From a virus (lineage: Duplodnaviria; Caudoviricetes), in IMG/VR virus record IMGVR_UViG_3300030376_004602, positions 1 through 64,000 of that record: a stretch of DNA of 64,000 nucleotides; one strand, given 5' to 3'. The position numbers and the translations under genes were made by a program. The notes under the pieces are model-generated. The model was not told the DNA's origin. It worked only from the letters and a program-made list of their open reading frames with translations, and searched no databases. Positions 1 through 9,007 of the stretch are shown here, piece after piece; the stretch's first letter is position 1, and every line of letters begins with the position of its first letter.

Positions 1-54
1 GAAGAAATCGCAGAAGCTATTGATGCTGCTAAGGGTAAAAAGAAAAAGAAATGA
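1..54 (+). CDS. 3' end of a CDS truncated by the window edge (EEIAEAIDAAKGKKKKK*)
   Basis: Open frame from base 1 to TGA 52-54, which overlaps the next ATG (ATGA). Confidence 0.5.
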   Translation, partial: EEIAEAIDAAKGKKKKK

Positions 55-200
55 AAGTAGCTGCACCTAAAGGATACCACTGGATGAAGTCTGGTAAATC
101 GTTCAAACTAATGAAGGACCCTAAGACAGGATACAAAAAGCATCCTGGTTCTTCTAAGTCTGCAAACTTCCCTATACAGAAGGTACATAAGAAAAAGTAA
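51..200 (+). CDS. 49-aa small basic protein (MKVAAPKGYHWMKSGKSFKLMKDPKTGYKKHPGSSKSANFPIQKVHKKK), not in the ORF track
   Basis: Translated by hand; ATGA overlap upstream and TAATG overlap downstream indicate translational coupling. Confidence 0.75.
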   Translation: MKVAAPKGYHWMKSGKSFKLMKDPKTGYKKHPGSSKSANFPIQKVHKKK

Positions 201-1291
201 TGAAGGACTCTCTATTTGTATTTCAGAATGGTACTATAGACTCCAACTCTGTTACAGAGCATGCTTCAGGTACAAATGTAGATTTTTTTGCAGTGCCAAC
301 AAGCAGTCTTACTAGCATCTCAGCTCTTGAGGGTAAGATTGTACTATACTTTAAATCTTCTAATGTTTTTGAAAACTCTAAAGCTAATCAAGCTAAGGTT
401 ACTCTTAATACAACGGAAGGATCAGAGTCAAGAGCTGCTATTGCCACATGGGCTCTTACATTAGAAGAGGGTAAGATTTATATCTATGATGATACAAGAT
501 CTACATACCCTAGTAACTATGGGACTACTATATCAGGTGTAGACTCTATTATAAGACCTATTACAGAAAGATTTGATGATGGAGGTATTTCAAATGTAGT
601 AGAAGACCTAACTCCACAATTAGGAGGAAGTCTCGATGTAAACGGTAAAAAAATTACTAGCGTCTCTAACGGAGACATTGACATTGAGCCTAACGGAACA
701 GGAGATGTCCTACTAGGAAACTTTAAGTTTGATGCAGACCAGTCTGTAGGAGCTGGGCAAGACAACCACGTTCTTACTTACGATAACAGCACACAAAAGA
801 TATCTTTAGAGGCATCTGCTGGAGGAGGTACTACCCCACAAAGTTTTCCAATAAGCTTTGAAACTGTTTTAACCAGTGGCGATTACTTCTTCGGAAACCT
901 TAGATATGGGTGGAATTATGTCGTATGGAATCGAAGCGATAACAACATGCAGTTGGGGTACTTCGAACTTGTATCGGCAATGGTAGCCGTAAACGATTAT
1001 ACGACTATTACCGTTAAGGGTATTGCTGGTAGTATGTTAACATCAAACTCTATCACGATTGAATTTTCCCTTTGGAAAGGAACTAATGCTGGAGGAACGG
1101 GAACATTCTCAAGTACACAACAAGGCTCAACTACTGTAGACTATGACACTAGCGACGTAATGAAACCACTTAGTTTTAGTGCTACGGGATTAACAATAAA
1201 TGAAGGGGATTACATTTTTTTCGCAGTAAGAAACACATCATACTCAGTAAGAGAGGATATTGCTTGTTCAACTACAATCACATTTAGCTAA
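200..1291 (+). CDS. virion structural / tail-fibre-like protein
   Basis: VVEDLTPQLGGSLDVNG...IEPNGTGDV motif typical of aquatic phage fibre proteins; beta-rich composition. Confidence 0.65.
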   Translation: MKDSLFVFQNGTIDSNSVTEHASGTNVDFFAVPTSSLTSISALEGKIVLYFKSSNVFENSKANQAKVTLNTTEGSESRAAIATWALTLEEGKIYIYDDTRSTYPSNYGTTISGVDSIIRPITERFDDGGISNVVEDLTPQLGGSLDVNGKKITSVSNGDIDIEPNGTGDVLLGNFKFDADQSVGAGQDNHVLTYDNSTQKISLEASAGGGTTPQSFPISFETVLTSGDYFFGNLRYGWNYVVWNRSDNNMQLGYFELVSAMVAVNDYTTITVKGIAGSMLTSNSITIEFSLWKGTNAGGTGTFSSTQQGSTTVDYDTSDVMKPLSFSATGLTINEGDYIFFAVRNTSYSVREDIACSTTITFS

Positions 1292-1295
1292 TAAG

Positions 1296-1442
1296 ATGGA
1301 AAAAAAAATTGACATAATTCCAGATACTTGGGAAGATTTAGAGTTATTAGATGCTGATGCAACTAATGAGGAGCTACTTGAAAGAATTAACGCCCTTACA
1401 GAATACATTAACTTTCTGTACAAGGGACAAACGGGTATTTAA
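1296..1442 (+). CDS. small acidic hypothetical protein (48 aa, ATG 1296)
   Basis: In-frame ATG 4 nt after the upstream stop; fills the gap before the amidase. Confidence 0.6.
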   Translation: MEKKIDIIPDTWEDLELLDADATNEELLERINALTEYINFLYKGQTGI

Positions 1443-1444
1443 TA

Positions 1445-1858
1445 ATGAGAGATATAAATAGAATCGTATTACACTGTTCAGCAACAGTAGAAGGAAAAGA
1501 TTACTCAGTAGACACTATTAGAAAGTGGCATACTAACAAAGGATGGTCAGACATCGGATACCATTACGTTATCCAACTAGATGGGACTATCTCACAAGGG
1601 AGACCTATAGATAAACAAGGTGCCCACGTAAGGGGTCACAACAAAGACTCTGTTGGTATCTGCTACATAGGAGGAGTAGACGCTGATATTAAACCAAAGG
1701 ACACAATGACTCCAGAGCAGAATAGTGCTTTTCGTATGTTAGTACGAAGCATTAGAATCTTGTTTGGGGAAGATATAACTATTCACGGACATAATGAATT
1801 TTCGTCCAAGGCTTGTCCTAGCTTCGAAGTTAAGGAGAAGTTTTTTGATATGTATTAA
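1445..1858 (+). CDS. endolysin, N-acetylmuramoyl-L-alanine amidase (Amidase_2, T7 lysozyme-like)
   Basis: IVLHCSAT, IGYHYVI, GAHVRGHN, GICYIGG and HGHNEFSSKACPSF motifs with Zn ligands His/His/Cys. Confidence 0.93.
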   Translation: MRDINRIVLHCSATVEGKDYSVDTIRKWHTNKGWSDIGYHYVIQLDGTISQGRPIDKQGAHVRGHNKDSVGICYIGGVDADIKPKDTMTPEQNSAFRMLVRSIRILFGEDITIHGHNEFSSKACPSFEVKEKFFDMY

Positions 1859-1876
1859 AACTTAGAATCATGATAA

Positions 1877-2122
1877 ATGAAAAATGCAATAACTGCCCTT
1901 TGCGTCCTTTTTGCCCTTTTTGTAGGCTGTAACAGTAAGTCTATAAGAACAGCTAGTATGACAGGTTATCATGCTACTGGTAGTTTTACAGAGGTAGAAT
2001 GGGATATAGAATTTGGGGAGACTGCTCAGATAGCTCTCTCTTGTGAGACTGTTTATGTAACAGCAATAAAAGAGAAAGACGGTAAGATTAAACTACTACT
2101 AAAAGCTAAGAAGTCTAACTAA
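1877..2122 (+). CDS. predicted lipoprotein (o-spanin candidate)
   Basis: Signal peptide MKNAITALCVLFALFVG followed by a lipobox Cys; directly after the endolysin. Confidence 0.55.
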   Translation: MKNAITALCVLFALFVGCNSKSIRTASMTGYHATGSFTEVEWDIEFGETAQIALSCETVYVTAIKEKDGKIKLLLKAKKSN

Positions 2123-2382
2123 TGAAAGCTCCGATTACCTTCGAGCAGTTTGTAAAGAATCCTACGATGGCCGTATTCTTCTTAGTAACACTAGCAGTTG
2201 GGTATCTATATATAGATAACAGGATGAACTACACTAGCCAGATAGAAGCATGCTCTGAACGCACAATCTATTTAGAAGGTAAGATAGAACAGCTTTCTAT
2301 GCGATTACACAAGAGTGATAGCATCCTAGCTAGGACTGCTGCAAGACTTGAAATACTTAACGAGCTTGCAGGTAGGGAATAA
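2122..2382 (+). CDS. single-TM membrane protein with C-terminal coiled coil (lysis accessory candidate)
   Basis: TM segment MAVFFLVTLAVGYLYI followed by a heptad-rich tail; lysis-cluster position. Confidence 0.5.
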   Translation: MKAPITFEQFVKNPTMAVFFLVTLAVGYLYIDNRMNYTSQIEACSERTIYLEGKIEQLSMRLHKSDSILARTAARLEILNELAGRE

Positions 2383-2851
2383 ACATATTATAGTTGCAGC
2401 TACAGTAGTTATTATCTGTATACTACTTACTCATACATGTAACCGTAAGGTTAATACAGTAGAACATACCTATGACCCAATTCCTAAGTATAAGTATGAA
2501 ACTATTAGGGATACAGTTACTACTACTGTAACAAAGACTAAGATTGATACTATAGTCATTGAGATAGAAGAGGCTATTAATAACATTATGAGTCAGACTG
2601 AGACTATTGTAAAAGAAGTAGTTAAAGAAAGAGACTCGATGGTTGTACGGATAGTAGAACTAGAACAGGTAACAAATATTACTGTGTACGATACCGTAAG
2701 AGTTTACGTGCCTACTTCGCCAGATAGCGTAACTATTTACAATGTTTGGGAGTATGAAAGCTTTGATGGCAAAGAGATAAGAAACACAAGAGATACGATA
2801 GAAACCAAAAGAGCGTACAAACACTATGCTCAAAAGTATATAATGGAATGA
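2348..2851 (+). CDS. N-terminal TM protein, i-spanin-like (TTG start at 2348 or 2366)
   Basis: TM HIIVAATVVIICILL then T/V/D-rich segments (YETIRDTVT, TKIDTIV, VYDTVRV). Confidence 0.5.
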   Translation: MKYLTSLQVGNKHIIVAATVVIICILLTHTCNRKVNTVEHTYDPIPKYKYETIRDTVTTTVTKTKIDTIVIEIEEAINNIMSQTETIVKEVVKERDSMVVRIVELEQVTNITVYDTVRVYVPTSPDSVTIYNVWEYESFDGKEIRNTRDTIETKRAYKHYAQKYIME

Positions 2852-2904
2852 AACAAGAAGAAAATGAAAACGAAACACCATACATCTTCCTCTATTGGGA
2901 TTAA
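2848..2904 (+). CDS. possible 18-aa microprotein MKQEENENETPYIFLYWD
   Basis: ATGA overlap with the upstream stop; ends just before the 2910 promoter-like motif. Confidence 0.3.
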   Translation: MKQEENENETPYIFLYWD

Positions 2905-2909
2905 ATGTT

Positions 2910-2918
2910 TAACTTTGT
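2910..2918 (+). promoter_or_regulatory. Bacteroidota primary-sigma -7 element TAACTTTGT
   Basis: Matches TAnnTTTG(Y), intergenic, about 20 nt before ATG 2938. Confidence 0.55.
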
Positions 2919-2937
2919 ACTTTAAAATAAATAGATA

Positions 2938-3393
2938 ATGGCAACAACGACATTAACGTTGGGTATCACAAGCGACATTTCATCAAACGCTCTTAATATC
3001 TCAACAAACTTCAATGTAACTACCGACGGTAGTACTGGAGTATCAGAAACTTCTGGAATTGCTAGACTAACGCTAGCGGATACCAATGTAAAGACACTTC
3101 TTGATCTCACTGCTAGTTCAGGGGGAGCAGCACCAGTATCATTAGTTGATAAGAAGGCAGTTCTCTATATCAAAAACTGTGATGCAACATTTACAGATCA
3201 CGTAGATGTTCGTTTTGGAGACACTGATAATGAACATGCTCGAGCACTTCGTATATACGGAGGACAATTTGCAGTCCTACCTCTTTTAAATGACGACAAT
3301 GTTTCAGGCGGCGCTACAGCAGACTGTGATGTTGAAGTTGTTGCAAATACTGCAGATACTACTATTGAATACGCACTCTTTTACGAGGCATAA
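2938..3393 (+). CDS. structural protein, paralog 1
   Basis: Beta-rich; N-terminus aligns with the next gene (MATTT...TSG.[A/N]RL). Confidence 0.7.
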   Translation: MATTTLTLGITSDISSNALNISTNFNVTTDGSTGVSETSGIARLTLADTNVKTLLDLTASSGGAAPVSLVDKKAVLYIKNCDATFTDHVDVRFGDTDNEHARALRIYGGQFAVLPLLNDDNVSGGATADCDVEVVANTADTTIEYALFYEA

Positions 3394-3403
3394 TACTTAA
3401 AAA

Positions 3404-3796
3404 ATGGCAACAACTACTGTTCGACTAACAATACAAAGTCCTGATTTAACATCAGATGTTCTCTCCATTAGTAAAGCGTTTAACCTGACTAGTGCATCTG
3501 GAACAGGTATTACACAAACTTCTGGGCTTAACCGTCTTGATGGATTAAATTCTATTACCACTATTTTCAAGGCAGCAGACTTCAGTAATGATGAAGCTTA
3601 CTTATTTGTAAGTAATCTAGCTGTTTCAAAAGCTGCAGGGTTTCAAGTAGAACTTACACAAGGGTCTCAGAAAGTAGCAGTAATACAGGCAGGAGATTCA
3701 ATACTTATGCCTATTGATCCTTCTGCACTTGATATTAAGCTTACTGCACCTACTGCTTCAACTGATGTAGAGTATCAACTATTTCATAACGGTTAA
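3404..3796 (+). CDS. structural protein, paralog 2
   Basis: MATTTVRLTIQSPDLTSD...TSGLNRL and C-terminal T.VEY.LF shared with 2938..3393. Confidence 0.7.
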   Translation: MATTTVRLTIQSPDLTSDVLSISKAFNLTSASGTGITQTSGLNRLDGLNSITTIFKAADFSNDEAYLFVSNLAVSKAAGFQVELTQGSQKVAVIQAGDSILMPIDPSALDIKLTAPTASTDVEYQLFHNG

Positions 3797-3801
3797 TAGT
3801 T

Positions 3802-4482
3802 ATGAACACTGTACCAGTTGGATTTAATGGGGCAATTAGTCCTAAGCTACAAGCGTGTGTTTCACAAGACTGTAAGAATATTACATTCTCGGATGTAACT
3901 CTTCTTTCTAGTGTAACAAATCCGTATGGCTGGACTACAGACCTTGCTGAAACTCCTCGTCCTAGAATACTTACTGCATTTAGTGAGATTAGAATTATTG
4001 TAACTAATACTTCTGGTACTGAGGTTATTAACCAAGTTGTATTTGGAGGTACTCTTAATCTTTTTCCAGCTATCGCAGACTTTAATGATAATATGCCATT
4101 ATCTACAGCAGTCTGGGGTCTGGACGACGGAGTATACTCTATTAACTACAAGTTTACTTACGCAGAAGTTCCTAGTTCTATTGGAGATCCTGATGATGAT
4201 CTAGCTCTAGCTGGTAAAGTAGTAGAAGCAAAAATGAATCAGGTAATAACCTGTAATGCTCAGAACGAGGTAAAAGACCTTTGGCTTAAATACCTTAATG
4301 ACTGCTGCAGTGCAAACAGAGATAAAGCTCTAGAAGCAGAAGCTCTGTTGTTTTCTGTAGAAGCTGCAGCTGCATGCGCTGATGAGTATAATGCCTCCCG
4401 CATAAAAGAAGCACTTGATAAGATTTTACTATTAGATTCAGATAAGTGCAATGTTTGTAAACACTCAAAATGTAAATGTTAA
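3802..4482 (+). CDS. structural protein with Cys-rich C-terminus
   Basis: Position in the late operon; ends KCNVCKHSKCKC. Confidence 0.65.
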   Translation: MNTVPVGFNGAISPKLQACVSQDCKNITFSDVTLLSSVTNPYGWTTDLAETPRPRILTAFSEIRIIVTNTSGTEVINQVVFGGTLNLFPAIADFNDNMPLSTAVWGLDDGVYSINYKFTYAEVPSSIGDPDDDLALAGKVVEAKMNQVITCNAQNEVKDLWLKYLNDCCSANRDKALEAEALLFSVEAAAACADEYNASRIKEALDKILLLDSDKCNVCKHSKCKC

Positions 4483-4484
4483 TC

Positions 4485-5471
4485 ATGGGCTGTAAAAACT
4501 GTAACGGAACTGTTTCCCAAAATATTCAACTACCCCCAGGGTGCGACTCTATTCAAGCTATAACTACTGATGTTACTGCTAAAGGTGATACTATTGTAAC
4601 AATTACTTTTTGTAGTGGAGCCCTTCAACAGTTTACTATTCCTGCTGGACAGTCTGGAGAAAATGGAGCTGATGGTGCTAACGGTGCTGATGGGGCTAAT
4701 GGAATAAGCATTGATGATATTACTTCCTCTGTAGAAGATAGTGTAGTAACTCTAACATTTACACTAAGCGATGGTAGTACCATTGTAGAGACGTTTGCTG
4801 TTGATACTCAAGAAGCACAAGCATATGTAATTGACCATGTCGGTTTAGATATACCTAATGAAGATAATATAGCTCCAACACTAAATGCTAATGGTCCTAA
4901 CTCTGTAATAGCTAAATCTCTTATTCCTGCCGGAAGCTTTCCAAACGGAGAGGATACTATTTACTTTGATATACTAATTAACCTGCAATATGCTGGTGCA
5001 TTAGCATTTGGAAAAGGTCGTGTTTCAAACATGTTTGAATTTCTTCGACTAGAGTTAAACTCTGATCCTAATCCAAGCACAAGTGGAATTGATTTACTTT
5101 TAGAATCTAACGATGCAAAAGTTACATTCCCTACTACTACTATTGCAGTAACAGGAGAAATAACTAAACGATCTGTAGAAGATAGACTAGGTAATCCTAA
5201 AGGAGAAGGTTTAGACCTCGTGGCAAACATGTCTGTCTACACAAATAGGACACAACCTAACAATACAGGGACTTTAACAGCTGTCGCTGGGAATCTTCAA
5301 AATCTTGTTTGGACTGTAAAAGATCAAACCGTAGATCTAAATGTAGACAATTATTTAAAAATTGTTGCTGCTCCTGGAGATTATATTGTAGACTCAGGAT
5401 CAACACAGACTGCTTATTCTGTATCTCCTACGCAAATTTATTTTACAACTAGATATCTACAAAGAAAATGA
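4485..5471 (+). CDS. structural/fibre protein with short collagen-like G-X-Y repeat
   Basis: GQSGENGADGANGADGANG; starts MGCKNC (ATG 4485 follows the upstream stop at 4482). Confidence 0.7.
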   Translation: MGCKNCNGTVSQNIQLPPGCDSIQAITTDVTAKGDTIVTITFCSGALQQFTIPAGQSGENGADGANGADGANGISIDDITSSVEDSVVTLTFTLSDGSTIVETFAVDTQEAQAYVIDHVGLDIPNEDNIAPTLNANGPNSVIAKSLIPAGSFPNGEDTIYFDILINLQYAGALAFGKGRVSNMFEFLRLELNSDPNPSTSGIDLLLESNDAKVTFPTTTIAVTGEITKRSVEDRLGNPKGEGLDLVANMSVYTNRTQPNNTGTLTAVAGNLQNLVWTVKDQTVDLNVDNYLKIVAAPGDYIVDSGSTQTAYSVSPTQIYFTTRYLQRK

Positions 5472-6343
5472 GCCGTAAAGCATCACAAACGTTATTAGTT
5501 ACCGCAACGGGTATACAAGTTAAAGGTAGTAATAATACACTTTCTCCCGCATTTGTAGTAGATCCTGATTCTACAATAGATTACTATGTTCTTACAACAG
5601 ATGGAGCTGTCACTCTTCTTGCTAATATTTCATTTACAAATGACTCAAAAATAACAGCGGTAGCAGGAGACTGTATTGAGATTAAGTATAGCGGAGATAT
5701 TACATTAAGCTCGTATAATCTTAGTTTCTTTGGTAATAACATGCCTGCACACCTAACATCTATAGACTGTATTATTCAAGCATACTATGACGGCACTAAC
5801 TGGAATACTGTATTCTTACCATCAGTAGTGGCAGCTATAGAAAGTGTAAACAATGATAATATTGTAGCTAACTCTATTACTGCTGGAGAGCTAGCAGCTA
5901 GTGCAGTTGAAGCTACAGAGTTGGCCGCAAATGCTGTAACTACAGCAAAGATTACCGATGCTAACGTTACTGTGGAGAAACTAGAAAACGAAGCACTAGA
6001 ATCAGTAATTGCCATTCCAGTCCAGTTTAACTACGCAGCTAAAGATACTTTTCATTTAGCTATTCCGACTAAGAGCACATTTGTAAGAATGACTTCTGTA
6101 GTATCAGGAACAGCTATTGATGGTTCTAATGCAGCTACTATGACTATAACAAATGGAGGTGCTTCAGTATTCTCAGGAACTACTCTGCATGCAGCAGGTA
6201 CAGGAGAAAACACTGTAGCAACTCTAACACCTTCTTCTAATACAGCAATCGCTCAAGGTAATGTCCTAGCATTTACACCTGACGGCTCTGCTAGTTCAGG
6301 AAAGGTGTTTTTGACAATAACTATTAGAAGGGTAGCTGACTAA
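5468..6343 (+). CDS. tail fibre/spike-like protein
   Basis: Repeats NSITAGELAASAVEATELAANAVTTAKITDANVTVEKL typical of phage fibres. Confidence 0.7.
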   Translation: MSRKASQTLLVTATGIQVKGSNNTLSPAFVVDPDSTIDYYVLTTDGAVTLLANISFTNDSKITAVAGDCIEIKYSGDITLSSYNLSFFGNNMPAHLTSIDCIIQAYYDGTNWNTVFLPSVVAAIESVNNDNIVANSITAGELAASAVEATELAANAVTTAKITDANVTVEKLENEALESVIAIPVQFNYAAKDTFHLAIPTKSTFVRMTSVVSGTAIDGSNAATMTITNGGASVFSGTTLHAAGTGENTVATLTPSSNTAIAQGNVLAFTPDGSASSGKVFLTITIRRVAD

Positions 6344-7017
6344 TGGGATGCAGTTGTTGTACATCATCGATAGCCGACGGAGCAATCACTCAGACAGAGC
6401 ATGATGCTAAAGTCTTTAACCTTCAGTGTAGGTTTAAAGATCTAGTAGCTAAGATTACTGATAAATGGCGCTACGGTATCTTTTGCCCAGAAGACTCTGA
6501 CACTATTATAGAAATTAGGGGACTGCTACGTCTCCTAATTTGTTATGGGAAAGAAACAGAAGAAGTACTACCAGATGACGCTCAAGTGCCAGAATGTTAT
6601 AATGATTATATACTCTTTAATGGTACTGACCTAAATACTGTTCCTACCCTTGCCGCAGCAAACATAGGCCCATTTGGAGGAGAGTACTTCTTGATTACCA
6701 GCCCATATACAGGTACCTACTATATTCTTAAATCTGTCCGATTAAACCCAAGTTTTTTTCCAAACTCTACTTTTCCAATTTCGTCTACTCTGTCTGAATT
6801 AATTTATTCTTTAGACCAAGGAGAGACTCCATATATTGGCGAGCCGATTATAACAAATGGGTCTATTTTTCGAATGGATATTTTATGTTCTGGAATTCAA
6901 GTAGATTTACTTAGTGCCTTAACTGCTTCACAAGGAGTAACTGTAACATCCTCAGGTTTGTCTGATGCTAACCTTTTATTGATAACTGAAAAAATCGAAA
7001 AGCTACTAGCATGTTAA
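6343..7017 (+). CDS. structural protein (N-terminus MGCSCC)
   Basis: TAATG coupling; late operon context. Confidence 0.65.
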   Translation: MGCSCCTSSIADGAITQTEHDAKVFNLQCRFKDLVAKITDKWRYGIFCPEDSDTIIEIRGLLRLLICYGKETEEVLPDDAQVPECYNDYILFNGTDLNTVPTLAAANIGPFGGEYFLITSPYTGTYYILKSVRLNPSFFPNSTFPISSTLSELIYSLDQGETPYIGEPIITNGSIFRMDILCSGIQVDLLSALTASQGVTVTSSGLSDANLLLITEKIEKLLAC

Positions 7018-7718
7018 CAATGAACCAGATGATCGGCCAGATTCAAGAAGCACTGAATCTAAACTCTGATGACTCTAATGTGTCAGATAGACTAATGATT
7101 GACCTTATCAATCAGTCTAGAGCGTTCCACCTTAGAAACGAGTTAAACAAGTTTAGAACAGCAGATGATACAGTAATCCAAAATCTACACTGTGTAGAAC
7201 TTGAGGTTAGTGACGCTACTCTGGTTCCTGGTTTATCATTGCCTACTGGTTGTAAAGTTTTAAAGTCTAAGAGACTTATACCAGATACAGTAGAACTACA
7301 TCATACTGACGGTATTGTTTCTGTGGGATCTGTACAGTTCCTAGAGATTCCTTTTAGCTACGTAGATTTTAAGAAGATACCTTATATAAACTACACTAGA
7401 TTTACTAGGAATGTAGTTTATTCTTTCTTACTAGACGGACACTTGTTTATGTACTCTCCAGGAAATACTAAGTACGGTCTGATAGAAAACGTTATGGTCC
7501 GAGGCATCTTTGAAGATCCTGTAGAAGCAGGTAACTACTGTGAGCCTTGTTTTGACTACGACTCTCCTTACCCTATTCAGTCTTGGATGTTTGAGACACT
7601 AGTAAAGCCACAAGTATTACAGCAACTAGCTATCAAAGGACAAAGTCCTCTAGACGATGAGAACGATGCTGCAGATAATAAGACTCCATCTGTTCCTATG
7701 AGTAAACCAAAGAGCTAA
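7011..7718 (+). CDS. crAss-like ring / head-tail adaptor protein
   Basis: Motifs LINQSRA...IQNL.CVELE and V.V.GIFEDP...YPI; position before the IHF-like and muzzle genes as in crAss-like tail modules. Confidence 0.6.
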   Translation: MLTMNQMIGQIQEALNLNSDDSNVSDRLMIDLINQSRAFHLRNELNKFRTADDTVIQNLHCVELEVSDATLVPGLSLPTGCKVLKSKRLIPDTVELHHTDGIVSVGSVQFLEIPFSYVDFKKIPYINYTRFTRNVVYSFLLDGHLFMYSPGNTKYGLIENVMVRGIFEDPVEAGNYCEPCFDYDSPYPIQSWMFETLVKPQVLQQLAIKGQSPLDDENDAADNKTPSVPMSKPKS

Positions 7719-7721
7719 GCC

Positions 7722-8243
7722 ATGAACAGAAAGCAAGGATCAAAAGGTAAATACAACGCCGATATAGCTACCCAGGACTTCTACAGATTCTACTATGACA
7801 ACTGTAGCAAGCCTATTCCTTATTCTATTGCTAAGGACCTATACAAGGACCTAATGCATGGACTATCTTCTCTTATGTTAGAAGGAGAAGAGATAGCAAT
7901 ACCTAGCTTAGGTAAGTTTAGTATAAAGGCATACATGCCTAAAAGGTTTGATAAGGATGGAAACTTTATTAAGCCGCCGATTGACTTTGGAAGAAGTTGG
8001 GAATACTGGAGAAAGAAGTATCCAGGTAAGACAGACGAAGAGATTGTAGCTATTAAGGATAAGCCTGTACTAAGATATGAGAATAGACACTCTAAAGGAT
8101 ATCAGTATAAGTTTATGTGGGACAAGTCAGACTTGGCTATTCCTGGCAAAAGAGTATATAAGTTTAAGCCAGCCTCTATGTATAAGAGAAAATTGGCTAA
8201 ATTGATTAAGAGCAATACTGATGTAATTTTTGAAAGCCTATAA
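7722..8243 (+). CDS. IHF/HU-like DNA-binding protein of the crAss-like tail module
   Basis: LEGEEIAIPSLGKFSIK resembles the HU/IHF core; C-terminal YKFKPA...KRKLAK; conserved gene position. Confidence 0.65.
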   Translation: MNRKQGSKGKYNADIATQDFYRFYYDNCSKPIPYSIAKDLYKDLMHGLSSLMLEGEEIAIPSLGKFSIKAYMPKRFDKDGNFIKPPIDFGRSWEYWRKKYPGKTDEEIVAIKDKPVLRYENRHSKGYQYKFMWDKSDLAIPGKRVYKFKPASMYKRKLAKLIKSNTDVIFESL

Positions 8244-8245
8244 CA

Positions 8246-9007
8246 ATGCATAACGGAAGGTTAGTATCATATAAAACAATAGCGTCTACCATTCAGAGAG
8301 ACTTCCCGTTTGTAACAGAGTCTGTTACTGATGAAGAAGTAATCGAGTGGTTAGGTTCTTTTATGGGCCTTACTAACTGTCCAGTTGTATTAGAGGATAA
8401 GATTGAGCATATCTCTGTATGTGACGGTAAAGGTCACTTACCTTGTGATCTACACTTGATTATGCAGGTAGGTAAACCAGATACAGATGTTTTGGAAGAA
8501 GCCCCATGTGCTGAACGTATGGCTCCTATGAGATGGAAAACGGATAGATTCCATACTAGATACCATGCTAGCGATAGCGACTTTCATTCAGACTCAATGT
8601 ATACATACACAGTTAGTGATAACTGTATCTATCCAAACTTCCATGAAGGTATAGTCTCTATCGCTTATAAAGCTATTCCTACTGATGATCAAGGGTTCCC
8701 AATGATCCCGGCAGATGAACAGTGGGTACAAGCTGCAGTCCATGATATTGCTTGGAAGACCGCTCGCAAACTTTGGTATTCCAATAAAATGTCTACGGAT
8801 AAGTTCCAGAAGATAGAGATGGAAAGAGACCACTACTTTGCTCAAGCTGTTACGTACTCTAAGATGCCATCGATTGACCAAAGAGAGTCAATCAAGAATG
8901 ACAGACTTAGAAGCTACACCAACATTGATCATCATCAGGACTTCTTCCGCAACTACCAGATGCCGGAACACAGATACTTTAGAGGACAATACTTTTCAGG
9001 GACTTAA
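8246..9007 (+). CDS. crAss-like ring / tail tubular protein (P22 gp4-like position)
   Basis: YKAIPTDDQGFPMIP motif; directly upstream of the muzzle gene. Confidence 0.65.
   Translation: MHNGRLVSYKTIASTIQRDFPFVTESVTDEEVIEWLGSFMGLTNCPVVLEDKIEHISVCDGKGHLPCDLHLIMQVGKPDTDVLEEAPCAERMAPMRWKTDRFHTRYHASDSDFHSDSMYTYTVSDNCIYPNFHEGIVSIAYKAIPTDDQGFPMIPADEQWVQAAVHDIAWKTARKLWYSNKMSTDKFQKIEMERDHYFAQAVTYSKMPSIDQRESIKNDRLRSYTNIDHHQDFFRNYQMPEHRYFRGQYFSGT

Noticed and set aside
1299-1308. A-run at the start of 1296..1442 as a possible slippage or phase-variation site
   Set aside because: Encodes E-K-K-I in frame, neighbouring frames give no useful fusion, and A-runs are common in this genome.
4647-4703. GADGAN nucleotide/peptide repeat
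   Set aside because: Ordinary short collagen-like G-X-Y repeat of a fibre protein.
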